NCBI GenBank assembly: GCA_040380835.1
Contig: JBEIIK010000004.1
Location: 1 to 55,706, forward strand
Source: Ignavibacteria bacterium
GTDB lineage: Bacteria; Bacteroidota; Ignavibacteria; Kapaibacteriales; Kapaibacteriaceae
Reading direction: 5' to 3'
Length of the DNA: 55,706 nucleotides
In this document: positions 19,818 through 29,900 of the stretch, piece by piece
How positions within the stretch are numbered: the stretch's first letter is position 1
Layout of the letters: each line of letters opens with the position of its first letter
The notes under the pieces: model-generated
The model's input: the letters and a program-made list of their open reading frames with translations, nothing else
What the model was told of the DNA's origin: nothing
Databases searched by the model: none
Translations under genes and position numbers: made by a program

Positions 19818-21971
19818 ATGGGTGCCATTACACGAATTCGCCAAATCAGCCCGTATTTCCTGGCGGTCATCGCTACACTATTCATTGTGTTCATGGTCGT
19901 GCAGGATTCCAGCTGCACAAGCCTGCGCAGCAATCGGCCTTCAGCCGAGAATATGGCGGTGGCCGTCATCAATGGTGAAACGATCACTCGCGCCGATTTC
20001 GAGGCACGCGTCAAGGAAGTGATCGAAGCACAACGGCAGCAGAACCCGAATCAGGAAGTTGACGACGAAGTGGCGCGTCAGCAGGTCTTTGACGAAATGG
20101 TCAACGAGGTTCTACGCCGGCAGGAGGCCACGAAACTCGGTATCGTCGTCACTCCGCAGCAGATCATTGATATGCTCGTGACCAATCCACCTCAGCAGTT
20201 TCAGTTTGGCAAGGACAGTCTCGGGCGCTTTGATCCAACAATGCAGTGGCGGCTTGTCACGCAGCCTGAAACACTCGAGAAGCTTCTGGAGAGCAATGGC
20301 CTATCTCTGCAGCGCTGGAAGACCATTCTCTTGCAAACGGAAGACTACCTTCGCGCCCAGCTCCTTCAGCAGGCGTTGGCCTCAACTGTAGGCACCGTTG
20401 TGAGCACCCCATCGCTTGCCGCAGCCAAGCAAGACTACGTTCGTGAAAACTCGTCGGCCGACATTGAGTACGTGGCGCTGAGCACAAGTCGTGTTTCAGA
20501 CGCCGACGTCAAGGTAACTGATGCCGATGTTGCCGCGTACTACGAGAAGAATAAAGAGTTCTACACGCAGCGTCCGTCTCGCGAGCTTACGTATATCATC
20601 TTCCCGATGCTGGCTTCGAAGGAAGACACCGTCAACGCACAGAAGAAGTCGATCCGCCTGTCAGAGTCACTTGCCAAGGCTGCAACGCCTGCCGAGCGTG
20701 ATTCTGTCTTCTCGATGGAAATGAATTCGCTGCGTGGCACCGAATCCGATTTTACCCCTGTCAACGAGCTCGATCCTAACGTTGCCACGGCACTTGGCTC
20801 GCTTGCCCAGCGTGAGGTGTTCGGCCCGCTGAACATCCCGGGGGGAATTTCCTACTATCGCCTCGAAGAACGCCGCGAAGGTGTCAATACTGTAGCGCGT
20901 GCATCGCACATTCTAATCTCAACAGAAGGAATGTCGAAGGATTCGGCCAAAGCCCAGGCCCAGTCGATCTATGCTCGGGTCAAGAAGGGTGAAGATTTCG
21001 CTGAGCTAGCCCGCACGTATTCCAAGGATCAAGGTTCTGCACAACAGGGTGGAGATCTGAACTACTTCGGCAAGGGGCGGATGGTTCCCGCTTTCGACAG
21101 CGCCGTATTTGGTGCGTCGGTCGGTTCCATCGTCGGACCCGTGGAAACACAGTTCGGATATCACATCATCAAGGTGACCGACAAGACATCGCTCGAATAC
21201 AAGTATTCGACCATCACGCTCAAGACGGCGATTTCGTCGGCCACAAAGCGCAGCATAGCCTCGGCTGCCCAGCAGGCCCTGGATGCCATCAACAACGGCG
21301 AGGCCATCGAGGCTGTTGCGGCAAAGTACAAGAGCAAGTTTTACGCCGTGGTGCAGAAGTCGCCACTCTTCGGACGCGAAACGCCGATCATGCAATCGCG
21401 GGAGATCACAGCATGGGCCTTTGAGAACGAGGTCGGAGCTGCCATGCGTCGCGATGTCAAGTACTACGGGAATGTTGTGGTACAAGTCTCCGATGCGCGC
21501 GAGGCCGGTACAAAACCGCTGAAGGACGTTCAGGAACGTATTATGCGCACGCTTACAGAGCAGGCAAAGCTCAAGAAGCTCGAAGCTCAGGCCAAGCAGA
21601 TCGCTGCAATCGCCGCATCGGCAGGCCTTTCTGCGGCCCGTAGTGGCGATTCGACCATCCCCTACCAGACGCAAGCGGGTGTTCGCAGCAACGGAATGAT
21701 CACCGGTTTCGGCGGTGAGTACGCCGTTACAGCCAAGGCCTTTAATCTTTCGGTTGGTCAGGTAAGCGGTCCGATCAAGGGCGAGCGTGGCTGGTTTGTT
21801 ATCAAGGTTGTGGCTCGTAAGGACGCCGATTTATCGGCATTCACCAAGGACCCTTCTGCAGCACTTCAAAGTGCATCGGCACGACTTCGTGGAAATGCCT
21901 TCGGACTCTGGTTCCAGAAGGTTCGCGAGAATGCTGAGATCGAAGACAAGCGTTTCAGTTCGCAGAGCTAA
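19818..21971 (+). CDS. Periplasmic peptidyl-prolyl isomerase/chaperone (PpiD/SurA-like)
   Basis: N-terminal TM, SurA-like N domain, parvulin motif RASHILI...FAELARTYSKD.GSAQQGGDL...TQFGYHIIKV; GGAGG upstream of ATG 19818. Confidence 0.9.
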   Translation: MGAITRIRQISPYFLAVIATLFIVFMVVQDSSCTSLRSNRPSAENMAVAVINGETITRADFEARVKEVIEAQRQQNPNQEVDDEVARQQVFDEMVNEVLRRQEATKLGIVVTPQQIIDMLVTNPPQQFQFGKDSLGRFDPTMQWRLVTQPETLEKLLESNGLSLQRWKTILLQTEDYLRAQLLQQALASTVGTVVSTPSLAAAKQDYVRENSSADIEYVALSTSRVSDADVKVTDADVAAYYEKNKEFYTQRPSRELTYIIFPMLASKEDTVNAQKKSIRLSESLAKAATPAERDSVFSMEMNSLRGTESDFTPVNELDPNVATALGSLAQREVFGPLNIPGGISYYRLEERREGVNTVARASHILISTEGMSKDSAKAQAQSIYARVKKGEDFAELARTYSKDQGSAQQGGDLNYFGKGRMVPAFDSAVFGASVGSIVGPVETQFGYHIIKVTDKTSLEYKYSTITLKTAISSATKRSIASAAQQALDAINNGEAIEAVAAKYKSKFYAVVQKSPLFGRETPIMQSREITAWAFENEVGAAMRRDVKYYGNVVVQVSDAREAGTKPLKDVQERIMRTLTEQAKLKKLEAQAKQIAAIAASAGLSAARSGDSTIPYQTQAGVRSNGMITGFGGEYAVTAKAFNLSVGQVSGPIKGERGWFVIKVVARKDADLSAFTKDPSAALQSASARLRGNAFGLWFQKVRENAEIEDKRFSSQS

Positions 21972-21998
21972 AAGCGATCTCTTTTCGATGATGTTAAC

Positions 21999-22036
21999 CG
22001 GCCCCATGTCGATTGCGATGTGGGGTCGTTTTGTTT
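21999..22036 (+). terminator. Rho-independent terminator
   Basis: 13-bp stem CGGCCCCATGTCG / CGATGTGGGGTCG (with G:U pairs), 4-nt loop, then TTTTGTTT, 27 nt after the stop codon. Confidence 0.75.
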
Positions 22037-22052
22037 CTGCCCCCACACCCAC

Positions 22053-22853
22053 ATGACGATTAGCGAAGCCTACACGAAGTGCCTTGCCATCGCCGGAAGT
22101 CACTACGAGAATTTTCCGGTTGCGTCGGTGCTCGTCCCTGCATCGCTGCGCCGGCATATTGCAGCGATCTACGCCTTTTCACGTGCGGCCGATGATCTGG
22201 CCGATGAGGGTATACTCGAGCCTCGGGAGCGTTTATCGTCGTTGGAAGAGATGCGCCATCGACTTCGCACCCCCGACCGGAATAATGTTATCGATGTGGC
22301 GCTTTCAGACACGATCACGGTCTTTGCTTTGCCGCTCGATCCTTTCGATCGGTTACTCAAAGCCTTCGTGTCTGACATTGGTAATGTGCGGTTTACCTCC
22401 TGGCAGCACATTCTGGACTACTGTCACAACTCGGCAAACCCCGTCGGCGAACTCCTTCTGCGGCTTGATAACGCTCCGTCTATCCCCCTGCCTGAGGCAA
22501 TTGCGGCCAGCAACGATATCTGCACCGCGCTTCAAGTGACGAATTTTCTGCAGGATGTGGCCCTTGATCTCTCACGCGAACGTTACTATCTGCCTCTACC
22601 GGACAATGAGATTATCCTCAGCACTCACGCACTTTACGAGCGTGGACGCACCGTTGCACGACATCTTCGTTCGTGGCGCTTGCGATGGGAAATCCGTCTG
22701 ACGATCGCCGGTGGACTGACGATGCTTGATCTGTGTGCCCGGCGGGCTGGGCCCGAGATTCGCCCCATACTGACGTGGCGCAATCTGCCAAGGCTCATCC
22801 TTCGATTGCTACATGTGATCTCCCGTAAGCCCCTTCCCCTTTCAAGGGGCTGA
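22053..22853 (+). CDS. hpnC: Squalene/phytoene synthase family protein, HpnC-like
   Basis: HYENFPVAS signature, ADDLADE and QVTNFLQD; likely start ATG 22053. Confidence 0.8.
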   Translation: MTISEAYTKCLAIAGSHYENFPVASVLVPASLRRHIAAIYAFSRAADDLADEGILEPRERLSSLEEMRHRLRTPDRNNVIDVALSDTITVFALPLDPFDRLLKAFVSDIGNVRFTSWQHILDYCHNSANPVGELLLRLDNAPSIPLPEAIAASNDICTALQVTNFLQDVALDLSRERYYLPLPDNEIILSTHALYERGRTVARHLRSWRLRWEIRLTIAGGLTMLDLCARRAGPEIRPILTWRNLPRLILRLLHVISRKPLPLSRG

Positions 22854-22885
22854 GCTATCCCGACCTGAACTCGTAACTTCGCCGC

Positions 22886-23776
22886 ATGTCGAAGCACGTA
22901 TACTCGGACACCGAGGATGCCCTTGCCTTTTCAACAAATGGCAGCACCTCGTTCCATTACTCCTTTGGGTTTCTGCCCAAAGAAGAACGTGCAGCGATCA
23001 AGACTATCTATGCCTTTGCACGGCGCATTGACGATATCGTTGACGAGAATCCGTCCGCAGAGGAATCGGTCGTGAGCGACAAGCGTAAGCGACTCGCCTG
23101 GTGGCGCCAGCAAATCGAAGCCATCTATTCCGAGTCAGCCGAAACATCAGCCTCTGTGTTTCCGTTAGCAGCCGTGGTGCGCCGGTACAACCTGCCAAAG
23201 CAGTACCTGCTGACTGTCATCGATGGCTGTGAGCGAGATCTAACACAGCGCCGGTATGAGACCTTTGCCGACCTGAAGCGCTATTGCTATTCGGTAGCCT
23301 CGATCATCGGTCTGATCTCGATCGAAATCTTCGGATACCGTCACGAAGCAACGCGTCAGTATGCGATCAATCTCGGATACGCTCTTCAGTTGACCAACAT
23401 TTTGCGGGACGTTAAGACTGATAAAGATCGAGGCTACATCTACATTCCCCGTGAAGACCTGGTCCGGTTCCGATATACCGAAGATGACTTGCGAAATGAG
23501 GTCTATGATGAGCGGTTCATCAACCTCATGGAATTCCAAGCAAAGCGTGCCCGCGAGTACTATCATCAGGCCCGTGCATTGCTTCGGCCAGAAGAACGCA
23601 TGACCATGGTAGCAGCTCAGATAATGGATGCCATCTACTACCGCCTTCTCGAAAAGATCGAACTCAGTGACTTTCGCATCTACTCGGACCGGGTTCGTGT
23701 AAGCACGTCACATAAGATCATGACCGCCCTGCGCATATGGCTGGGGTCAAAGTTGTTTGTCAAGCGACTTCGATGA
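22886..23776 (+). CDS. hpnD: Squalene/phytoene synthase family protein, HpnD (presqualene diphosphate synthase)-like
   Basis: SFHYSFGFLP, IDDIVDE, YCYSVAS, LQLTNILRDV and GYIYIP; adjacent to hpnC. A CrtB identity is not excluded. Confidence 0.7.
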   Translation: MSKHVYSDTEDALAFSTNGSTSFHYSFGFLPKEERAAIKTIYAFARRIDDIVDENPSAEESVVSDKRKRLAWWRQQIEAIYSESAETSASVFPLAAVVRRYNLPKQYLLTVIDGCERDLTQRRYETFADLKRYCYSVASIIGLISIEIFGYRHEATRQYAINLGYALQLTNILRDVKTDKDRGYIYIPREDLVRFRYTEDDLRNEVYDERFINLMEFQAKRAREYYHQARALLRPEERMTMVAAQIMDAIYYRLLEKIELSDFRIYSDRVRVSTSHKIMTALRIWLGSKLFVKRLR

Positions 23777-23798
23777 ACAAAATCTGTATTTTCGCCGC

Positions 23799-24272
23799 AT
23801 GAGCACGACATTCTCTCAAGAAGAACTTGCCTCCATCTCCGCACTGAAGGCAAAGTACCCCGAGCCCAAGGCCGCCATTATGCCAGTCCTGTGGATGGCC
23901 CAGAAAAAATGGGGCTGGCTCTCGGAAGACGTCATGAAGCAGGTTGCTTCGGTCATGGATCTTCCATACGCCCATGTCCTTGGTGTGGCATCGTTCTACA
24001 CCATGTACTTCAAGAAGCCCATGGGACGCCATCATGTGCAAGTCTGCACCAACGTCTCGTGCATGCTTCGCGGCGGTGAACAGCTCTATAACCATGCCAG
24101 GCAGCGTCTTGGTATCGGGCATAATCAGGCCACTTCCGACGGTATGTTCTCCCTCGAAGAGGTTGAGTGCATGGGTGCCTGCGGCGGTGCGCCGATGATC
24201 GCCATCAACGAAATATTCTACGAGAACGCTACGGCCTCGCAGCTGGATTCGCTTCTTGATGCGTGCCGCTGA
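23799..24272 (+). CDS. nuoE: NADH-quinone oxidoreductase subunit E (2Fe-2S)
   Basis: GVASFYTMY, VCTNVSCMLRG and ECMGACGGAP motifs; likely start ATG 23799. Confidence 0.88.
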   Translation: MSTTFSQEELASISALKAKYPEPKAAIMPVLWMAQKKWGWLSEDVMKQVASVMDLPYAHVLGVASFYTMYFKKPMGRHHVQVCTNVSCMLRGGEQLYNHARQRLGIGHNQATSDGMFSLEEVECMGACGGAPMIAINEIFYENATASQLDSLLDACR

Positions 24273-24861
24273 GCGAAGCGACAATCCTTCGAAATGTCAG
24301 ATTCACACGCGGCCCAACGGGCCGCGTTTCTTTTTTAATCCCATGCACCCAGTGATGCTGCGTCGCTCCGCGCATGATCAGTATCGATGAGTCCTCAAGT
24401 GGAATCTCTAACGCCGGTAGGTCCTTGCGCGTGCGGTGCTTCATGACGAAGCGCCTGGTAGCGCCAAAGCTCATCGACACGATGACCGGCTCGGTGCCCA
24501 GCTCCGGTTCATCATCGGCATGCATGCCCATACTGTCACTGCCATCGCGATACAGGTTGGCCAGAACGCTGTTCAGGGGACTCTGGGCGATCCTCTCGCC
24601 CATCTGCCGAAGCGAGCTCAGCAGCGGCGTCCAGACGAGCCCCGTGTAGGTCTTTCGAGAGTAGCGGTACTCGAGCCCCGAGTCGGCATAGAATGCGATC
24701 AAACGCGGTTGCAGCATCGTCCGGCCGAACATGCTGATCGTTTCGCTTCTCCAGGCCAGGGATTCGGTGAGTTTCTCCAGCAGACCTGATGCAGGAAACT
24801 CGACCTCTGCCGCAGCGAAGTGGAGAACGTCAAGATCCGGCATTGTATAATTGGTTGACAT
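24229..24861 (-). CDS. alkB: AlkB-family 2OG-Fe(II) dioxygenase (DNA alkylation repair)
   Basis: QPRL, NLYRDGSDSMGMHADDE (HxD), distal His in WVHGI, RVNLTFR. Start at 24861 or 24843. Confidence 0.88.
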   Translation of the reverse strand: MSTNYTMPDLDVLHFAAAEVEFPASGLLEKLTESLAWRSETISMFGRTMLQPRLIAFYADSGLEYRYSRKTYTGLVWTPLLSSLRQMGERIAQSPLNSVLANLYRDGSDSMGMHADDEPELGTEPVIVSMSFGATRRFVMKHRTRKDLPALEIPLEDSSILIMRGATQHHWVHGIKKETRPVGPRVNLTFRRIVASLSGTHQEANPAARP

Positions 24862-24898
24862 TCTGTAAGTTATCCCCAGTCACATTCAGGAAGTCATC

Positions 24899-25665
24899 AT
24901 GTCCACCCGTGCACAGCTCGGCATCCGCCATCGTCAGGTACGCGAATCGATCCTCAAACTCAGCGTCCAAGAATACGCGAAAATCACCGACGTGCGCCTA
25001 CCGACCATATACTCCTGGGAGTCCGGGCGTACGGCTGTTCCGCAGAATGTTCTGGCCCTGCTTGAGTCCCGCTACGGCATTTCTTCGGGGTGGCTTCTTA
25101 CCGGTACTGGTTCGCCCCTTGCCCAGACACGTCAGCAGCTGAATGCAGGGGGCGAAGCAAAGCGCTCTATCATGCAACAGCTCGAGGATCACGTATCACA
25201 GATCCGAGAACTCATCGAAGAACTCAAGCTGCATGCTCCGCAGGTTGTTGCGCCGGCACGGCGAAAAAAGTCCGACCGCGGACCCCGCATTCCTATGCTG
25301 GCCATTGGCGTCAGTGCGGGCCTTCCGACGGCCTCGGATGATACTATTGAGCGTGAGATCGACCTTGCCGATATGCTTCTGGAAAATCCCGAGAGCACCT
25401 ACTTCATCCGCGTCGTTGGGGATTCGATGACCGATGCCGGCATCAGTGACGGTGATACGCTGATCGTTGACGCGCCATGCAACCGCGTTCCGGACAGGTC
25501 GTCATTGCGAAGGTATATGGCGAACTCACCGTCAAACGCTACCTCACGGTGGAGGGACGTCCCGTGCTGCGGGCCGAGAACCGCCGTTACAAGGACATTG
25601 CCATCACTGCCGACATGGACTTCAGCATCGTCGGCGTGGTGCGTAACTGCATCAAGCAGCTCTAA
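24899..25665 (+). pseudogene. XRE-HTH plus S24 (UmuD/LexA-like) autopeptidase repressor, interrupted by a 1-nt frameshift near 25472
   Basis: HTH segment TIYSWESGR...WLLTG, Ala-Gly site VSAGLP, catalytic Ser in GDSM. The catalytic Lys (ELTVKR) lies in another frame (ORF 25477-25665). Restoring one C (GAC-CGC-GCC-ATG) gives a continuous 255-aa protein. May be a sequencing error. Confidence 0.8.
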
Positions 25666-25693
25666 AAAGTCCGCAGAATCTCAACAGATTGGA

Positions 25694-25722
25694 TAGCTAT
25701 TATACGTTTTGTATAATTGCTA
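25694..25722. promoter_or_regulatory. Operator-like inverted repeat overlapping the promoter of the imuB-like gene
   Basis: TAGC-T-ATTATAC-gtttt-GTATAAT-T-GCTA; 11 of 12 arm positions pair; abuts ATG 25723. Confidence 0.7.
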
Positions 25723-26691
25723 ATGCTTCTCTGTCTCATTGCCAACGAACTCCCGGATCCAGCGCTTGATGCTCTGCTTGAGTCCGTCCACCAATGCACA
25801 CCGCTGATCTCAGTGCCCTGCCGGGGTCGCATCTTCTGCGGAACTGACGATCTGCCGGGACTTCATGGGCTGGTCGAGCGAGAGAACATTCGGGCTGCTA
25901 TGGCCCCCGAACGGACCACGGCACTACTGCAAGCGCTGCAGTCACGACCGGGGCGCATCGACATCCATGAGCACGCTGATACGGTCAGCACAGACGTCCT
26001 TGCCCGGCTGGACGAGCTTGGCATCACGACCGACGACGTCGAGCGTCTTCGGATGTTCGGTCTTGACACCATTGCTGCTTTGCGCCGGCTTGAGCGACGT
26101 CACCTGCAGGTACAGTTCGGATACCGCGGTGATGTCGTATTCCGGTTGCTGCACCAGCATGATCAAAGCCCCCTGCCGATGTATGTTCCCCCGCCTGAGG
26201 TGATCTGCTCGGAACGTTTTGAAACTGACCAGCGTGAGCCGGGTCCGATCATGGCTGCAGCTGAACGCGTCACGACCAATGCCATAGACCTGCTTGCCGG
26301 ACGTCAGGCGTGGCGGATAGAGGTTGGCATCATGAATGCAGCCGACATCGTCAGCGTCACACAATCACGCATCCTGCGTCAGGGCAGTCATCTGCTACGC
26401 ACGCTGCTGACGCATGTACAGACGCTGTGTCGACGTTTGCTGCAGGCACGCCACATCTGGCGAGGACTACGTTTGAGACTGGCCTCACTGCGTCATGCTG
26501 AGGGTGAGCAGATATCGTTGTTCGACTCCGGAAACAATCGCGCAGACGTGGTCGAACTTCTCCGTCCGCGCTATGCCGGCGTGGTCAAGCGCATTGAGAT
26601 CCTCGACCCCTGGTCGATCCTCCCCGAGCGGTACTCGCGGATCATTTCGATAGGACCGGCTATCTCGCCTGACCAGGGGGCTGTCGTATGA
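25723..26691 (+). CDS. Short ImuB/ImuY-like Y-family polymerase homologue, probably catalytically inactive
   Basis: Thumb-like ERLRMFGLDTIAALRRL...QFG, little-finger-like region, clamp-binding-like QISLF; no recognisable palm catalytic motifs; lies in a cassette with dnaE2. Confidence 0.7.
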   Translation: MLLCLIANELPDPALDALLESVHQCTPLISVPCRGRIFCGTDDLPGLHGLVERENIRAAMAPERTTALLQALQSRPGRIDIHEHADTVSTDVLARLDELGITTDDVERLRMFGLDTIAALRRLERRHLQVQFGYRGDVVFRLLHQHDQSPLPMYVPPPEVICSERFETDQREPGPIMAAAERVTTNAIDLLAGRQAWRIEVGIMNAADIVSVTQSRILRQGSHLLRTLLTHVQTLCRRLLQARHIWRGLRLRLASLRHAEGEQISLFDSGNNRADVVELLRPRYAGVVKRIEILDPWSILPERYSRIISIGPAISPDQGAVV

Positions 26692-26924
26692 AGCTGCTCA
26701 TGGAACCCATTGATGTTTCGCTGCTACGCAACCAACCGAGCATCATCTGCTGGCGAGGGGGCACCTATGACGTTGAGAAGGTCATCGACGCATGGTCATC
26801 ACGCGGACCGTGGTGGGGTCGTGACGAGCGGCGCAGTTACCTACTGCTGATGACCACCAGCGGTGTGATGGAGATCTTTCATAGCAACCTCAGCGGCTGG
26901 ATGCTGTCGCGCATCTTCGACTGA
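26688..26924 (+). CDS. Small Trp-rich protein (DUF6504-like) in the mutagenesis cassette
   Basis: Pattern P..I.WRG..Y.V..VID.W....PWW...ERR.Y...W.L.RIFD; ATGA overlap upstream and a 7-nt gap to dnaE2. Confidence 0.65.
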   Translation: MKLLMEPIDVSLLRNQPSIICWRGGTYDVEKVIDAWSSRGPWWGRDERRSYLLLMTTSGVMEIFHSNLSGWMLSRIFD

Positions 26925-26931
26925 GGCGATC

Positions 26932-29900
26932 ATGTTCGGCTCGCTTCACACACGGACGCACTTTTCGTTTCTCGACGGCGGCTCGTCCCCCGAGGCCCTG
27001 GCCGAGCAGGCCCGTAGTCTAGGTCATACGGCACTGGCGATCACAGATGTACACGGAGTTTATGCCGCCGTGCGCCATCAGCGCGCATGTCGCCGGCTGG
27101 GCCTTAAGGGGCTTATCGGCATGGACATCCCGGTGAGCATCACGGATGCAGCATCCAGCGTAGATGTTTCCGTGCTGGCTCGCAATGCCGAGGGGTATCG
27201 TGCGATCTGTCGCATGAGCACGTGGCTGCATGAGCACGGTCCGCTTGAACCCTCGCACATCGATGCCGGAGGTTGCCTCGAGGCGCTTCGTGCTGAGCAT
27301 TGCATCGTAATCGTCCATGGACTATCTGCACCCGTCAATGCCGTCGAGCCCATCCTGCGCCTGATGACGTCACGTCGAAACCTAATGGTCTATGTCGGTA
27401 TTAGCCACGACGCCCGTCCGTGGGCTGTGCGCCGCATACGCGCAGTGGCAGACCTTGCGGCCGCTATGGATCTACCTGTGGTACTGGCTCAGGACGTGCG
27501 CTATGCGCATCGCGACGATTACGCCGTGCATGACCTGATGATCTGCATCCGCCATGGCATCACGATCCACGAGCCCCATGCACTGCGTCCTGTGAATGAC
27601 CGCCAGTGCCTGCGCACACTTCAGGAGCTCCGTACTGTAGTACCCGTTGACGAAGCCTTTGAAAACGTCAGGCGTATCATCGAAGCCTGTGACTTTGATC
27701 TTCTACCGGAGCAGATCACGCCCCCTTCGGCGCGGCTGCCCGACGGGGCCAGTGCGGATCAGGTACTGCGAGAGCTCTGCCAGGGACAGTTCGATCTGCG
27801 CTACAAACGCCGTGGTGACGCTATCCGGCAAAGGGCCCGTGAGCTTCTGGAGCACGAACTCGGCGTTATCGCCGAACTGCAGCTGTCGGACTTCTTTCTT
27901 GTGGTTCGCGAGGTGACCGAGTACTCGCGCTCACGCGGCATCCGCTGCAGCGGAAGGGGCTCGGCAGCCAACTCCGTTGTTGCGTATGTGCTTGGCATCA
28001 CGAGCATATGCCCGGTGGAGCATCATCTGCTGTTTGAGAGGTTTCTGCATCGTGGACGGAAAGGGACGCCGGATATCGACGTGGACTTCGACAGTGAACG
28101 TCGCGGTGAGGTGCTGATGTGGATGGAAGAGCGCTTCGGACTGCAGCAGACAGCCATGACGGCAACGATCATCACCTACCGCATCCGCATGGCCATCCGC
28201 GATGCGGCAAAGGCCCTCGGCTGGCCCGAGGAAACCGTCCGGGCACTGTCGAAATCTGTTCCCGGATACACTAACAATAGCGTTGAGACCTACCGCAAGG
28301 AGCTTGCCGGTGTGGTTGGCAATGTGCCTATGCTGGAGATTCTGATCCGTGCCGCATCGCTGCTGCTGGATCATCCACGGCACCTGGGTCAGCACTCCGG
28401 CGGTATGGTCCTTTCGAGCAAGCCCCTTGAGATGCTTACACCCGTACAGCGCTCGGCCAATGGCGTTGCCGTGGTGCAGTTCGACAAGGACGACGTCGAG
28501 GCCCTGGGCCTGGTCAAGTTCGATGTTCTGGGCCTGCGCATGCTGGCCTGCATCAGCGAATGCACCGAACTTGTCTCGCGCCACACGGGCATCATGCCTG
28601 ATATCGATGATCTTCCCTTGGATGATGCGCTGACCTTTGAGACCATCCGTAGCGGACGCACGCTGGGCGTGTTTCAGATCGAGTCGCAAGGGCAGATTCA
28701 CCTACTGGCCAAGCACCAGCCGGAGCGGTTCTCGGACCTGGTCACCGAGGTCGCGCTGTTCAGACCCGGCCCCCTTCAGGGTGGCATGGTGCATCCCTAC
28801 ATCGCCCGACGTCGTGGACAGCAGCCGGTGACGTATCCGCATCCCGACCTGGAGCCGATCCTTGCCGACACGCTGGGCATTGTACTGTTTCAGGAACAGG
28901 TGCTCGAGATCGCACATCGTTTTGCGGGAATGAGTCTCGAGGATGCCGATGACTTCCGTTCGCTGGTGTCAAAGAATCGCAACCGTGAGCTCATGGCATC
29001 GATGCGCGATCGCTTTGTGCAGGGGGCATGTGCACGCGGCGTCGATGTTGAATGCGCCGAACAGGTCTATGAGATCGTCTCCCACTTCGTTGGCTATGGC
29101 TTCTGCCGCTCGCATGCGGCGGCCTTTGCCAAGATCGTCTATCAGAGTGCCTGGCTCAAGACCCATCATACGGCTGCGTACATGGCTGCCTTTATGCAGC
29201 ACCGTCCAGGGATGTACAACCTCATGACCCTCGAGGAAGAATGCCGACGCTGGGGCGTGCAGGTGCTTCTCTGCGACGTTACGCGCTCAGGCATGCGATA
29301 TGATCTCGAGCCCGACGGCAATGGCAGCTTTGCTATCCGCAAGCCCCTTACGGCCATCCGCACGGTCAGCGAAGACATTGCCCGACGGATCGTCTGGGAG
29401 CGCGCCAGAGCTCCCTTTGCGAGCGTTGAGGACCTGGTGGTGCGCCTCGACGACATCCCGCGCGATACGCTGGAGTGTATCGCCATGGCCGGAGGCATGC
29501 AGCAGCTTGAAGCAGACTCGCGCCGTGCCGCATGGATCGTGGGCGTTGTGCGCAGCCGGCAGCGCAAGAGCGTGCAGGAACCGCTGTTTACCCTGCCGAT
29601 GCTGCATGCCGAGGATATTCCTGCACTGCCTGAGCTACGTGCCCAGGAACGCCTTGCCTACGACTACATCATGCAAGGGGCTGCCCGGGTCCACCCGATG
29701 ACGCTCTACCGCAGGTCGATGATGTCACTCGAGATCCACACGATCGAAACTCTTGGACGTCTTGCACCCGATGCACGCCTGACAGTGGTCACGGCCGGCA
29801 TCGTCATCCTGCGTCAGGCACCTCCAACGGCCAACGGCATGCTCTTTGTGACCCTTGAGGATGAGAGCGGCTTTCTGCAATGCGTGGTTCCTCCGCAGGT

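Noticed and set aside
25472-25696. C-terminal tail of the 265-aa ORF, and programmed frameshifting as its explanation
   Set aside because: The tail is out-of-frame sequence after the indel; there is no slippery heptamer or homopolymer tract to support programmed frameshifting or phase variation.
27931-28701. 256-aa minus-strand ORF
   Set aside because: Antisense shadow of the conserved dnaE2 core.
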